Below, piece after piece: positions 53,084 through 63,673 of a stretch of 64,000 nt of DNA. Each line of letters begins with the position of its first letter. Position 1 is the first letter of the stretch. Location of the stretch: contig CAVYHV010000006.1 in NCBI GenBank assembly GCA_963768425.1, positions 160,001-224,000 on the forward strand. The letters are read 5' to 3'. The notes below the pieces were generated by a model. The model was not told the DNA's origin and did no database searches. It saw only the letters and a list, made by a program, of their open reading frames with translations. This DNA comes from Candidatus Bathyarchaeota archaeon (GTDB lineage: Archaea; Thermoproteota; Bathyarchaeia; Bathyarchaeales; Bathycorpusculaceae). The position numbers were made by a program, and so were the translations under genes.

Positions 53084-53356
53084 TTATTCTACATTAAGCT
53101 GATTAATCGCGCTAACGAATTTTTCCCAGTTGTCTTTCCTAATTCCTAGTTGCTCCGTAAATAAGAAACGACCGCTCGGATTAAACTTCAAAATCCTAAT
53201 GCAGAAGCGGTGGTCTAATTTTTGAGCGACTTCTTCATTCCATTCATACAGCCAAAAAGTGGTTTTAAATCCGTCTGGCATTGTAATTTCGCTCAACTGT
53301 TTCCTGGTTTTCCAAGCTCTTTTTCTTTTTGCTACCACTGTAACGCTTCCTAACAT
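53084..53356 (-). CDS. Hypothetical protein
   Basis: 90-aa ORF co-oriented with vsr. Confidence 0.55.
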   Translation of the reverse strand: MLGSVTVVAKRKRAWKTRKQLSEITMPDGFKTTFWLYEWNEEVAQKLDHRFCIRILKFNPSGRFLFTEQLGIRKDNWEKFVSAINQLNVE

Positions 53357-53408
53357 GACTGACTATAATCTGCTTCATTTGTTGCTAAAAGCTAATAAGT
53401 TTAAGTAG

Positions 53409-53849
53409 TCAAATTTCGAACGAAAACGTTTGGTCATTAAAAAAATGGGCTCTAATTGAAAGCTCACTTAGGATTCGCTCTAAAACCGCCTCTCTATTCT
53501 CGAGCTCGTGTTCCCATATTCGCATAACAATCCACCCTTTATTTTCAAGGCGTAATGTTGTTTCTATATCTCTTAATTTGTTCTTATTCAATTTAGGAAT
53601 CCAATACTCTTTGTTACTTTTAGGTAAATGCCCGTGGATTGGACAGCGGTGCCAGAAGCAACCATCAACGAAAATTGCTATCTTTCTTTTAGGAAACGCA
53701 ATGTCTATTTTTTCTTTGCCATATTGGATACTGAACCTAAACCCCTTTGCCCACAATGCCCTTCTCAAAGCAACTTCAGGCGTTGTGTTTTTGGAACGTA
53801 TGGCAGACATTATTTTTGAACGCTTTTCTTTAGAAATTGTGTCTACCAT
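53409..53849 (-). CDS. vsr: Very short patch repair endonuclease
   Basis: DTISKEKRSKIMSAIRSKNTTPE, FVDGCFWH, RIWEHE. Confidence 0.93.
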   Translation of the reverse strand: MVDTISKEKRSKIMSAIRSKNTTPEVALRRALWAKGFRFSIQYGKEKIDIAFPKRKIAIFVDGCFWHRCPIHGHLPKSNKEYWIPKLNKNKLRDIETTLRLENKGWIVMRIWEHELENREAVLERILSELSIRAHFFNDQTFSFEI

Positions 53850-53891
53850 AATTCTCAAACGTTTTATATTACTTCCAAACAATATTAGCGT

Positions 53892-54749
53892 ATGTGCCCC
53901 AACATACTAACAACAATAAAAAGTATTTCAGAATTCAGAAATAACGATCTCAAAAATTACTTCGCAACTTACCCTATCCGCATAAATCAAGTTGGGCAAC
54001 AATTGGAGTTTTACGTCAAAGATGCTATATGTGGCTCTTTCAAGTCTAACAAGACCGAAGACCTAGCTCACACTAAAGGGGTCTTTTCCTACTTAGGTAA
54101 TCAAAACAACCCTCCTGACCTCATTATTGCCAATGGTGACGCCTACGAGATAAAGAAAATCGAGAACCTCAAGGCTTCTCTTGCACTTAATAATTCCCCA
54201 CCAAAAGACCAACTTCATAGAGATGACCCAAGGATTACTCAATATTGCCGAGATTGTGACGGAGGCAATTGGAAAAGCAAGGAAATTTTTTATACTGTGG
54301 GGTGTGCTGAAAAAACTAAACTAAAGCATCTGTTCTTCATACATGGTCGTTGCTACGCCGCAGACAAAGAAATTTATGAAAACAAAGCAACCCAATTGAA
54401 AGAAGGCATCGACATTTTTTTCAAGTCAAAGGGATGGGAGACCACCAAAACAAAGGAATTGGGTCGAATAAATAAAATGGACCCTCTTGGCATTACAAAT
54501 TTTAGGATTCGCGGTATGTGGGAGATAGAAAATCCACTTAAGGTTTTTTCGTACTTATACAAGTTCGATGAACGGAAGAGTTTTTCGTTAGCCGCTCTTA
54601 TGACGAAAGAGAAATACGGTTCTTTCCCAAAAGAAGATAAAATGGCATTGGAAAATGATGACAAAATTACCTCAAAGACAGTAATTGTCAGGAACCCCAA
54701 TAATCCTGCTCAAGACGTGGAAGCTCAGCTTATTACCTCATGGTGGTAA
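53892..54749 (+). CDS. Type II restriction endonuclease, NgoPII family (GGCC inferred)
   Basis: FSYLGNQNNPPDLII, EIKKIE, DPLGITNFRIRGMWEIENP; adjacent HaeIII-like methyltransferase. Confidence 0.8.
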   Translation: MCPNILTTIKSISEFRNNDLKNYFATYPIRINQVGQQLEFYVKDAICGSFKSNKTEDLAHTKGVFSYLGNQNNPPDLIIANGDAYEIKKIENLKASLALNNSPPKDQLHRDDPRITQYCRDCDGGNWKSKEIFYTVGCAEKTKLKHLFFIHGRCYAADKEIYENKATQLKEGIDIFFKSKGWETTKTKELGRINKMDPLGITNFRIRGMWEIENPLKVFSYLYKFDERKSFSLAALMTKEKYGSFPKEDKMALENDDKITSKTVIVRNPNNPAQDVEAQLITSWW

Positions 54750-54752
54750 ACG

Positions 54753-55766
54753 CTGGAAATAGTGTCTCTCTTTTCAGGTTGCGGTGGGTTAGACCTTGGA
54801 TTTACGAATACTGGTTTCGAGTTAGTCTATGCAAATGACAATGACCCAATAGTCTGGGAGACTTTTGAAAAGAACCACAAAATAGCTATTGACAAGCGTT
54901 CTTTGTTTGAGATTAAATCCTCTGAAATACCTGATGCAGATGGAATAATTGGTGGTCCTCCTTGCCAAAGTTGGAGCCTTGCAGGAAAGATGCGTGGCGC
55001 AAAGGATGAAAGAGGACAGCTATTTTATGAGTACGTTAGAGTGCTGAAGGATAAGCGACCCAAGTTTTTCCTTGCTGAGAATGTCCCAGGAATTGTTTCC
55101 AGGACACATCTTCCGGAGTTTAAGAATATCTTAAGGAGGTTTTCTTCGCTGGGTTATGAAGTCTCCTTTGGGCTAGTTGATGCCCGAAATTATGGTGTTC
55201 CCCAAGACCGTAAAAGAGTGTTCATGATCGGTTTTAAAAAAAGTCTCAAGTGCCGATTTAAATTTCCTGAGCAAACACATTCAGAACTTGGCGGAAAGAC
55301 CCTCGATGGCAAGAAAACTTTCAAATGGTTGACATTGAAAGATGCTATTGGAGACCTTCCTGAACCCATTCGGGCTCTTGATAAGAACAAGGCTAACGGC
55401 AATCTAGCTATCCCTAATCATGAGTATATGAACGGAAGCTTTTCATCCATGTATATGTCTAGAAATAGACGAAGAACTTGGGACGAGCCTTCCTTTACAA
55501 TCCAAGCTGGCGGAAGGCATGCACCTTTACATCCAGGTTCCGCTAAGATGACAAAAGTTGAGACTGATCTGTGGAAGTTTGAGGGAGATAGTCCTCAATT
55601 CAGGCGTTTGTCAGTAAGAGAAGTTGCGAGAATTCAGACATTCCCAGATGATTTCAGGTTTTATTACACGAATATTGCAGATGCCTACAAGATGATTGGG
55701 AATGCGGTTCCGGTTAAGTTGGCAGAAGTTCTAGCGAAAAAGATCTCTGAAGACCTTAGTGTCTAA
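54753..55766 (+). CDS. C5-cytosine DNA methyltransferase, M.HaeIII-like (GGCC inferred)
   Basis: SLFSGCGG, GGPPCQSWS, ENV, QDRKR, target-recognition region NHEY..GSFSSMYMSRNR closely resembling M.HaeIII, GNAVP; probable CTG start. Confidence 0.92.
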   Translation: MEIVSLFSGCGGLDLGFTNTGFELVYANDNDPIVWETFEKNHKIAIDKRSLFEIKSSEIPDADGIIGGPPCQSWSLAGKMRGAKDERGQLFYEYVRVLKDKRPKFFLAENVPGIVSRTHLPEFKNILRRFSSLGYEVSFGLVDARNYGVPQDRKRVFMIGFKKSLKCRFKFPEQTHSELGGKTLDGKKTFKWLTLKDAIGDLPEPIRALDKNKANGNLAIPNHEYMNGSFSSMYMSRNRRRTWDEPSFTIQAGGRHAPLHPGSAKMTKVETDLWKFEGDSPQFRRLSVREVARIQTFPDDFRFYYTNIADAYKMIGNAVPVKLAEVLAKKISEDLSV

Positions 55767-56171
55767 GTTAAGCACTTGACCCGTCTTATGAGTGCAAAGC
55801 ACAACCAATCAACGAGTCTTACAAGCTGACCGTCAGAAATACGGGAGATACTCTTCGAAAAACTTCTCGGACGTGAGAGATTAAACGATTTCATGGCGTT
55901 AACCGAGAGATTTGGAATGGAATTTGGATTGAGACATGGATAAAGTTGCCCTTTCCAGGGGCCATCAGTAGCCCTAAACTGCTGGTACTTTATCCACCGC
56001 TACGATCTACAACAATTTTAATCGAACCGATTGCAGGCTAATTAAATAAATGCAGCCAATCATCTTCAAGAAAGAAAATTGCGCCAAGCAAGTAACAAAG
56101 GAGTCAAGAAAGCTGTCAAAAATAAGCTGCCGCATTGACATCGATAAATCAATTTAAGATAAAGGCATTTT

Positions 56172-57361
56172 TTAGAACTTTTGTGTTCCTTTTTCCAAAT
56201 CTATCAGATATTTGCATTTATCACAGAGTTTCTTTCTGAATATAATACCGGTTTCTCGGATGCAGTTAGGGCAAAACGCTTTGCCACAATTACTGCAATT
56301 GACAGTTTGATTCATCTCTAACTTTTTTTGACATACCGGACAATATGTCATTATGTTCAATAGTTTTCCAGAGTAACCGAACCTTGAATCCTCATATTTG
56401 CTTCCGTCAGGTTCTTGTCTTTCAATGTACCATAACGGCACTTGAACAAAGCCGCTTTTTAAAATTGAAATTGTGTTTTTAAAGGGGACGAAAACTCTAT
56501 CGGAGGATCTGTTTCCATAGTGTACTGTGTAGTGCTCTGTGTTTTTGTTGATGAAGTAGTTTAGAGCTACTTCTTTTGCCTCATGGAAGTTTGCAATTTC
56601 TAGTTGGTTTATTGTTAACCTGTACTTGTTTTCGGTATCAATAATATAACTTTCAGCAAGATTGACATTGATCTCTTGTAGCAGTAATCCGTTATCGACA
56701 ACTTTGCCATTACTTGCATCTAGTGTTATTGTGTAATGGTCTTGAAAGAGGTGACGTCCGACTGACGCTCGAAAGCTAAACTCGAAAAGATAATAAGAAA
56801 AGAACCTGAGTTCCTTGACAATTGATGTTTCCGCGGGCAATTTGTTTATACGGTATTCTTAATGGCAATGCATTTTTAATTAAACGTTGCGTGGTAGAGG
56901 TTAATTGGTCTTCGTGTCATGTTTTGGTTTTCATATTTCAACCATGTTTTCATGAAGTTGTGTTCCAGTTCTTTGACTTCTTCAGAAGTCTCAGTTATGC
57001 TAAGTGACTCTACGTTGGTATTCAAGCCACTGTATGTTAGATTTGCCGATCCTGAAACACCATACGACCCATCGACTATGTACAATTTTGAATGAATAAA
57101 GGTTGACTTCTCAGTGTTCTTATCTATGACTAAGAAATTTAGATGCATATTTTTTGCTTTTTCCAAGATAGCTATGGAGTCCATGTTTAAAGGGTCGTTG
57201 CTTGTGATGATTCGCACGTCAATTCCACTTTGAGATAAGAAAACAAGTTTTTCAGCGTAGTCTTTTCCTATCCATGGACTAATAATCCATGCCGATTTCT
57301 TGGCGTTCCACAATAGAGGCGTGATCTTAGAGCCAGCGCCAGCATCTAAGTAAGCTTTCAT
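56172..57361 (-). CDS. PLD-like (HKD) nuclease-domain protein with C-terminal Zn ribbon, frameshift ~56860
   Basis: IISPWI, FIHSKLYIVD, GSANLT; C-terminal CPVC...CSNC...CPNC...CDKC. Confidence 0.7.
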
Positions 57362-57482
57362 CGAGTCTAACCTTATATTGAGGATAGATAGGGCTATTCT
57401 AATTAAATTCTTATGATTTCACAATTAGTATTTTGGTTTTGGTTCACGCTGCTCTTCCTTCATGTTCAGTCCGCAAATCTGA

Positions 57483-57713
57483 CTATTTTTCAATTATCTT
57501 CATTTCGTTTCGTTGGCTGGTTATGGATAGGTGGGCGAAGGTTGAGTCTTTGGTGGCGCCGTGCCAGTGTTCTTCGCCTGGAGATATGAGAACTATTGTT
57601 CCGGGCGTGGCTGCGTGTTGTTGGATCTTGGTGGCTATGATTCCTTTGCCTTCGGTGATTATGTGGATTTGTTCGGTTGTGTGGGTGTGGAGTTTGTTGC
57701 GTGCACCTAACAA
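57483..57713 (-). pseudogene. Cupin-domain protein, 5'-truncated
   Basis: HTHTTEQ...EGKG...PGEEHWHGA. Confidence 0.7.
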
Positions 57714-57867
57714 AACTTCTGGAGGCTGGTTTTATTAGATATCTATTTTAGGTAAGAATGTAAGATTATATTCGGGGTAACGTGAATGACTCAAAGTGAA
57801 AAGGCCAACTTACGATTCTCAGCGAAAAAGGCGAAGTTGTTATACCTGCAAAAATAAGGTCCCGAAT

Positions 57868-59496
57868 GAGAGTGTGTGAAAAGTCTCATTTTTTGCCAGC
57901 CACTTACCGTTAAGCTTAAAGCTAGCCTTAGAACAACTGAAAAGCCATGAGCGAACATGTAAATGGAACCCACAGAGACCAAACAGTGCTGTTCCCAGAT
58001 ACCATCAACAAGTACGTTGAAAAAGAAAACCCGGTTAGGTTCATCGACGCTTTCATAGATAGCCTTGACCTGGAAAAGCTTGGCTTCAAACACTCAATTC
58101 CGGCTGAAACTGGAAGACCCTCTTACAATCCTTCAGACTTGCTAAAACTCTACGTTTACGGCTACCTAAACCAGGTCAGGTCTAGCAGGAAATTGGAGAA
58201 AGAGTGCCACCGAAACGTTGAAGTTATGTGGCTTATGAAGAGGCTTGTTCCAGACTTCAAAACCATTGCTGATTTCAGGAAAGATAACGTCGACTGCATC
58301 AAAGGCGTATTCAAAGAGTTTGTTTACCTCTGCAGGAGCTTGGATCTTTATGGTGCTCAGCTGGTAGCCATCGATGGTACAAAATTCAGGGCTGTTAACT
58401 CACGGGGCAACAACCTCAACGAGAAAGCAGTCGCTCTAAGACTCAAGCAGACAGAGGAAAGGATAGCAAAATATCTCAACGAATTAGACCACAATGATGC
58501 GTCTGATTCAGACGGAGATGGAGCAGTCAAGACCGATGAGCTTAAAGAAAAAATAAGCCAGTTGGAAGAGAAGAAGAAGCAGTACGAGCATATTCAAGAG
58601 CAGATGAAGGCCACAGGCCAAAGGGAGATTTCTCTTGTGGATCCTGATAGCCGCTTGATGAGAGTGGATAGTCAACGGTTTGAAGTCGGCTATAACATTC
58701 AAACATCAGTCGATGCGAAACAGCATCTAATCGTTGATTATGATGTGATAAATAACTCAACTGACCATCATCAGCTAGCCAAGGACGCCTTTGCAGCAAA
58801 GGAGACCTTGGGTGTGGATGAGCTTGATGTTTTGAGTGACAAGGGATTCTATGTTGAAAAAGACGTCTCAGACTGCGAGAACAATGGTATTACTGTCTTC
58901 ATGCCTATACCCGCCGTTTTGAGCCCTTACAAGAGTATTGGTGTTCCAGCGCCTGAGTTCTACAGCGACAAATTTGTTTATGATGCTGCTAAGAACGTGT
59001 ATGTTTGTCCTGCAGGCGAAGAGTTGAAGTTTTGTAAGTGCGTCTACAGAGATGAACCTGAGAGAGGCAGGGTTTACAGGACTGCTAGTTGCGCTGTCTG
59101 TGTTTTTAGGGGCAAGTGTACGAGGAACAAACGTGGACGGACTATGGTTAGGTCTGAGTATGATGATGCAGTTGAGCGTCTAAGGGTTAGGTTGAAGGGT
59201 CTTGATGGACGAGAGAAGATTCGTTTGAGACGGATGCTAGTGGAGCATCCGTTTGGGACTATTAAGCGTGCTTTCAATCAGGGCTATGTGCTATTGAAAG
59301 GCTTGCGAAAGGTTAGAGGAGAGGTCGGATTTACGATGCTGGCTTACAACATGCGACGGGCTATCAATATTCTTGGAGTTGGTATGCTGATGGGCTTCAT
59401 TAAGGCGTAGAAAAGAGAAAACAAGTGAACAATAGTAGCTAACAGCTTGAGTGATAGATACTCTTAGGATTTAGCTCTGAGTTTTCACACGGTCTC
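57868..59496 (+). mobile_element. IS1182-family insertion sequence
   Basis: Imperfect terminal IRs GAGAGTGTGTGAAAAGTC / GAGACCGTGTGAAAACTC (rc), 4-bp TSD GAAT at 57864 and 59497. Confidence 0.92.
57947..59410 (+). CDS. IS1182-family DDE transposase
   Basis: GRPSYNP..LLKLY.YGY, SSRKLE, PDFKTIADFR, AIDGTK, DKGF, VEHPFGTIK. Confidence 0.95.
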   Translation: MSEHVNGTHRDQTVLFPDTINKYVEKENPVRFIDAFIDSLDLEKLGFKHSIPAETGRPSYNPSDLLKLYVYGYLNQVRSSRKLEKECHRNVEVMWLMKRLVPDFKTIADFRKDNVDCIKGVFKEFVYLCRSLDLYGAQLVAIDGTKFRAVNSRGNNLNEKAVALRLKQTEERIAKYLNELDHNDASDSDGDGAVKTDELKEKISQLEEKKKQYEHIQEQMKATGQREISLVDPDSRLMRVDSQRFEVGYNIQTSVDAKQHLIVDYDVINNSTDHHQLAKDAFAAKETLGVDELDVLSDKGFYVEKDVSDCENNGITVFMPIPAVLSPYKSIGVPAPEFYSDKFVYDAAKNVYVCPAGEELKFCKCVYRDEPERGRVYRTASCAVCVFRGKCTRNKRGRTMVRSEYDDAVERLRVRLKGLDGREKIRLRRMLVEHPFGTIKRAFNQGYVLLKGLRKVRGEVGFTMLAYNMRRAINILGVGMLMGFIKA

Positions 59497-59731
59497 GAAT
59501 GGGTCTAAAACCTAAAACGAAATTTCTAGTGTATGAATGCGAAGACTCGGTAATATTGAAGAAATTTGAGGAGCCCGATTTTTCAAAAGAGATTGAAGCT
59601 ATGTACAAAAGAGTCAATGAAAGAATTGCAAAATACGGCGAGCTAACGCAAAACGATGTAGAAAACGAAATACAAAAATACCGAAAAGAAAAGGCTGCAA
59701 GGGCAAAAAAGGCTTAGGAATCAGGAATCAC

Positions 59732-60145
59732 ATGATTGTCGTAGTTTTCGACATTAATGTGCTAGTTTCCAGTTTGATAGTAGTGGGAAAGCCTCAAGAT
59801 CTTTGGCGCAGAGCAAAGACCAATGAGTTTTCTCTTGAATTGTCGGATGAAATGTATAACGAGTTCGTTAATGTTGTGAGCCGAAAAAAGTTTGAGAAAT
59901 ACGTGACAGATATTGATGTCAAGTTGTTCTTAGCCGATTTACGCCAAATAGCCAAATTTGTGCAAGTGAAGTCCAAGTTTAAGGTTATACTGGAAGACCC
60001 TGACGATGACATTATTATTCGAGCAGCTTATGACGGCAAAGCTGACTACATTGTTTCAGGCGACAGGCACTTGCTTTCACTGAAAGAATTCAAAGGGATA
60101 AAAATCCTAACCGTTGAGGAAATGCTAAACGTTCTGAATAGTTAG
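59732..60145 (+). CDS. PIN-domain (VapC-like) toxin, intact
   Basis: VVFDINVLVSSL, DPDDDIII..A, ADYIVSGDRHLL. Confidence 0.9.
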   Translation: MIVVVFDINVLVSSLIVVGKPQDLWRRAKTNEFSLELSDEMYNEFVNVVSRKKFEKYVTDIDVKLFLADLRQIAKFVQVKSKFKVILEDPDDDIIIRAAYDGKADYIVSGDRHLLSLKEFKGIKILTVEEMLNVLNS

Positions 60146-60238
60146 CGTTATTCATCAAAATTGATTACTGGTTGACAATCACTTTCTCGTTATTACGGCA
60201 TAAGTAAACCTACAGATGCTGATTCAGCCCATACTAAA

Positions 60239-61524
60239 TTAGCGGAAAAAGGGGTGGTTGTATATGTTTCCTTTTTTCCATGGCAATTTGGGGTCTTCGC
60301 CGAACATTACTCCTACTCCTGGAGGCGGGGTACGTTTTAGTTGCCATGCTGCTAATGCTAATGCGATGACGCAGTCGTCGTGGTAGCCTTCTGGTGCTCC
60401 ATACTGTACGTTTCCGCTTGGGGTTGTTTTGTAACCGTAGAGTTTGAGCTCATTGATTAACTCAGGAATCTGGGGTATTGTTAGCTTTTGGTTCTCGATC
60501 ATCATGCTGAGGTTTTCGATCAAATCTTTTTTTGTGGCGTTGGTGAATTTGTAGCCGTCAACTCGAACGTTTTCTCGGTGGAGTTCGTCGCAGACTGGGT
60601 CTCCGACGCCTGTGCTGTCGATTAGCAGGCGGGCGTTGTATTGTTGGGCAAGTTGAACTATGCGTTTGCGTTGGAAAACCCAGTCTATCTGGTGTGAACC
60701 TGTCAAAAGCGCACAAATGCCCATCCATATCTAGAACGACTAGAACTGTGAAGTCTTTGAGTTTGGCAAGGTCACCGCCCATAACATATTGCTTGTGCGG
60801 TTCAGGCGGTTGGAAGGTGCCTTTGACTATGCGGTCTACGCCTCGGAAAACTGAGCCAACATCCTCAAGAAACTCAGCCATAACCTCTTGGCGATAAGCA
60901 AGTTCAGGCATGTCACGGGCGAAAGAGGCAATCTCCGCTGGATCCAGATATGGGTTGCTGCCGCTGGGGAAACTCCAGCTCTTGTAATCAGTTTGCGACG
61001 GGTCTTGTCCTCGGGTCCAGAGCTGAAAATACCAGTTATGTCCTCTTGGTGTGCCTGTGAAGAAGGCGATGCCTTTCTCATCCATCAATGCAGGTCTAAG
61101 CGCCATGGTCCATGCTTCCTCCGCAATCTGAGCGCCCTCGTCAACCCATAAGACCTTTACGCCTTGGCTTCTAAGCGAATCAGGATTATCTGCGCTCTTA
61201 AACCAGACATGGCGTTTTCCCTTTGAGGATAACGTGCCGTTCAGCCCGGCGGATTTCCTCTATAAGTTCAGGTGGGCAAAAGTTGAAGAACTCGCTCCAT
61301 TGACGCTGAGTATGCCAATAAGTGGGGGCAACAGCAAATCCCACGATGCCTATTTTTTCTTTGCCTTCGCCCTGCTGCCAGATTTGCCTTATGAACTCGT
61401 TGGCGCCTGCAACGGTTTTGCCCCAGCGGCGTCCACAGTTGAGCACTCGGAACCTTGCTGGATGAAAGTGGAATTCAACTTGTCCAGGATGAGGCTTGTA
61501 CTTGATTACTGCTGTTTTGTGCAT
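60239..61524 (-). CDS. Viral terminase large subunit (frameshifts ~61210, ~60695)
   Basis: PHPGQ, CGRRWGKT Walker A, LWVDEGA Walker B, TGTPRG, nuclease GGDLAK..DFT, IDSTGVG, HDDCVIALALA. Confidence 0.9.
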
Positions 61525-61911
61525 GTCTTTTGGGTCCTCCCATTTTATTCGGATTTCTTCAGGTTCCGTTTCGCCTTGGGTTTTGGCTCCTGACATACTC
61601 GGCGATATCCACATTTATTTGACGCATAAGATTCAAAGCTGCGATGCGAGCTCGTGTCAGATTTTGCCTGCATGTATGCGACTACGGCTTTGCGGTAAAG
61701 CTGCTCATGCCGGTTACGAACTTTTAACAGTGTTTTCTTCATCTCTTGAAGTTGGGGCTGCCAACTGCTTCCGGGTCTCAAAATCCTTGTATACGGCACG
61801 CTCGGATACCCGATATTTTGCGCTTAGTTCCTTCACAATTTCGCAGGGTTCTAAGCCGTTTCCTTCAAGCTTTAAGATTTCTAAGCGTCTTTCAAGTGTT
61901 ATTGCATCCAA
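61500..61911 (-). CDS. Putative terminase small subunit (HTH), frameshifted
   Basis: RRLEILKL..G....EI...LS.KY.VSERAVYKD HTH immediately upstream of terL. Confidence 0.6.
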
Positions 61912-62999
61912 GAATTGTCACCTTTAATTTTCTTTGGAACATATTGGAGTGTTACAGTAAGCCGTCCCTTGCTTGCTGACTTTATGAGCCCACGATTTAT
62001 CCTTGAATCGTTCCTTCCATGGCTGCCATGCCCAACACGCTTCACAATCCAGTGGTCCAAATTTCCTCGAACCAGCTGAGGATTGCTCGTAACCAAATAG
62101 AACGGCAAATTCAACTGAGAAGTATAGAGCTCGGCGACAAAATTCAGCAGACGCTTTCCGATGCCTATGCCCTGGTAATCGGGCAAAACAACGAGGCGGC
62201 TGACGCGAAAGAAGTGTCCTCTCATTCGCACATGCGCAACTGCGATAAACGCTACGGGTTTTTCTTGGTAGAGGGCGACGTAGCATCTGACGCCTGCGCC
62301 AAGTTTGCCGTTTAGATAGTGATACTGCCGAAACATCTGTCCACGTGGATTTGCCGCACCGATAAACTTTGAGCTCAACGGGCGGCCGCCCTCTTTTTTT
62401 CGGTCAAACTCCATTGTGTCAGTGCAGAAAACCCAGTCTGGATCCAACCAATCGACTACATCGTAGTGGCAGGTTACGGCAATGAATTTCTTATCTTTCT
62501 GGCGCCTAATTGCTTTGCTGATTGCGTAAGAGGCAATTTTTGCAACTTCGCGATCCACGACCGAGGTGAACTCATCAAAAACGATCAGCTTCTTTGGGAG
62601 GCAGAGCGCTCTGGCGATGTCGACGCGCATTTTTTCTCCTTGACTGAGGCAACTGTAAGATTTCAGCCAGTCTGGAGGTGACGCGAAGCCAACGCTGCAA
62701 AGCAGCCGTGGTTATTTCGTTTGTTTCTATTTCTTCTGGGAAAGTCATCAAGGATGCATTTTGCTGTGTACTCGAAGCCTGTGGTGTATGCGTCTGGAAA
62801 CAGCTTTTTTGCTATGCTTGATTTGCCTGAGCCGCTGCGTCCGACTATGACGCCGATTTGCCAGTCATCGCCTTCAATCGGCAGTGAGCCTTTGAAATGC
62901 TTCTGCAACTTTACGTCGTTTAATGTGAAGCTGCCAACGACGCTTTGCGCTCGAAAACTCTCCGGTTCACTCCAACTCACCGATAAAATCAAAATCCAA
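61899..62999 (-). CDS. Virus-associated ABC ATPase + GNAT acetyltransferase (frameshifted)
   Basis: GRSGSGKS, LSQGEKMR, FDEFTSVVDR, VTCH; then FRQYHYL...RLVVLPDYQGIGIG. Confidence 0.8.
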
Positions 63000-63012
63000 C
63001 CTTTTCCGCCTC

Positions 63013-63600
63013 CTACAGATTTAGAACTCTCACCTTGTATCCTTCAGCCTTCAGTTTCTCAAAGAAGCATTTCTGCTGCGTCTCATCTTCGCATTCGATG
63101 ATTAGCTCGTAGCTGTCGGGTATGATGTTTGAGTTTTCAGGCGCTTGCCCGTCGGTTTCTGGCAGTTTCTCGCCGATAGACTGCAACAGTGCTTTTAAGC
63201 AGTCGCTTTCGCCAGCCTCTACAATACGCATGTACTCGGCGTCATCAAGCTCCCTGCTATGTTTGCCTTTGAGCTTGTTTAGGATCTGCCGCAGCATTCG
63301 CCTATCAACATCGGAGACTGGCAGTCGAAGAACTGGAGCAAAAAACTCGCCGTGATCTATGCAGACCTGCGCTCTCTGCTCGCCATCCGCAAAAACGCCG
63401 TCTTTGTTGGTTACGATAGGATAGGTCCAACCGTACTTTTGTAGGCTGCTCCAAACCTGGTCTTTCTGCTTGATCGTCATCTTGTTAGGGTTGTTGCCGT
63501 CACTTCGCAGCAGCCGAAGATCCTCAACCAGCGGCAGATAAGCATCAGGAACCTTAACGGTTGTTTTCTTTTCCATTACTTTATCCTCTACAGAAAACAT
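63013..63600 (-). CDS. ParB/Srx N-terminal-like domain protein
   Basis: NPNKM...SL.KYGW..PIV.......DGEQR. Confidence 0.75.
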   Translation of the reverse strand: MFSVEDKVMEKKTTVKVPDAYLPLVEDLRLLRSDGNNPNKMTIKQKDQVWSSLQKYGWTYPIVTNKDGVFADGEQRAQVCIDHGEFFAPVLRLPVSDVDRRMLRQILNKLKGKHSRELDDAEYMRIVEAGESDCLKALLQSIGEKLPETDGQAPENSNIIPDSYELIIECEDETQQKCFFEKLKAEGYKVRVLNL

Positions 63601-63673
63601 TAAGATCAGTTCTAAAATACTGGAAGCTAATTAGCTACTAATTGGCACTTAATTTGTCGCGAAAACTTAAAGC

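Larger units (their letters stand above)
57786..59717 (+). pseudogene. AbrB antitoxin gene interrupted by IS1182
   Basis: LTILSEKGEVVIPAKIRSR (57803-57867) joins MGLKPKTKFLVY (59499-) in frame once the IS and one GAAT are removed; one further 1-nt indel near 57800. Confidence 0.85.

Noticed and set aside
61500-61614. Apparent terS-terL translational fusion
   Set aside because: It depends on one A-run (CCAAAAGAC) in an indel-rich region; a single deletion gives the usual overlapping separate genes.
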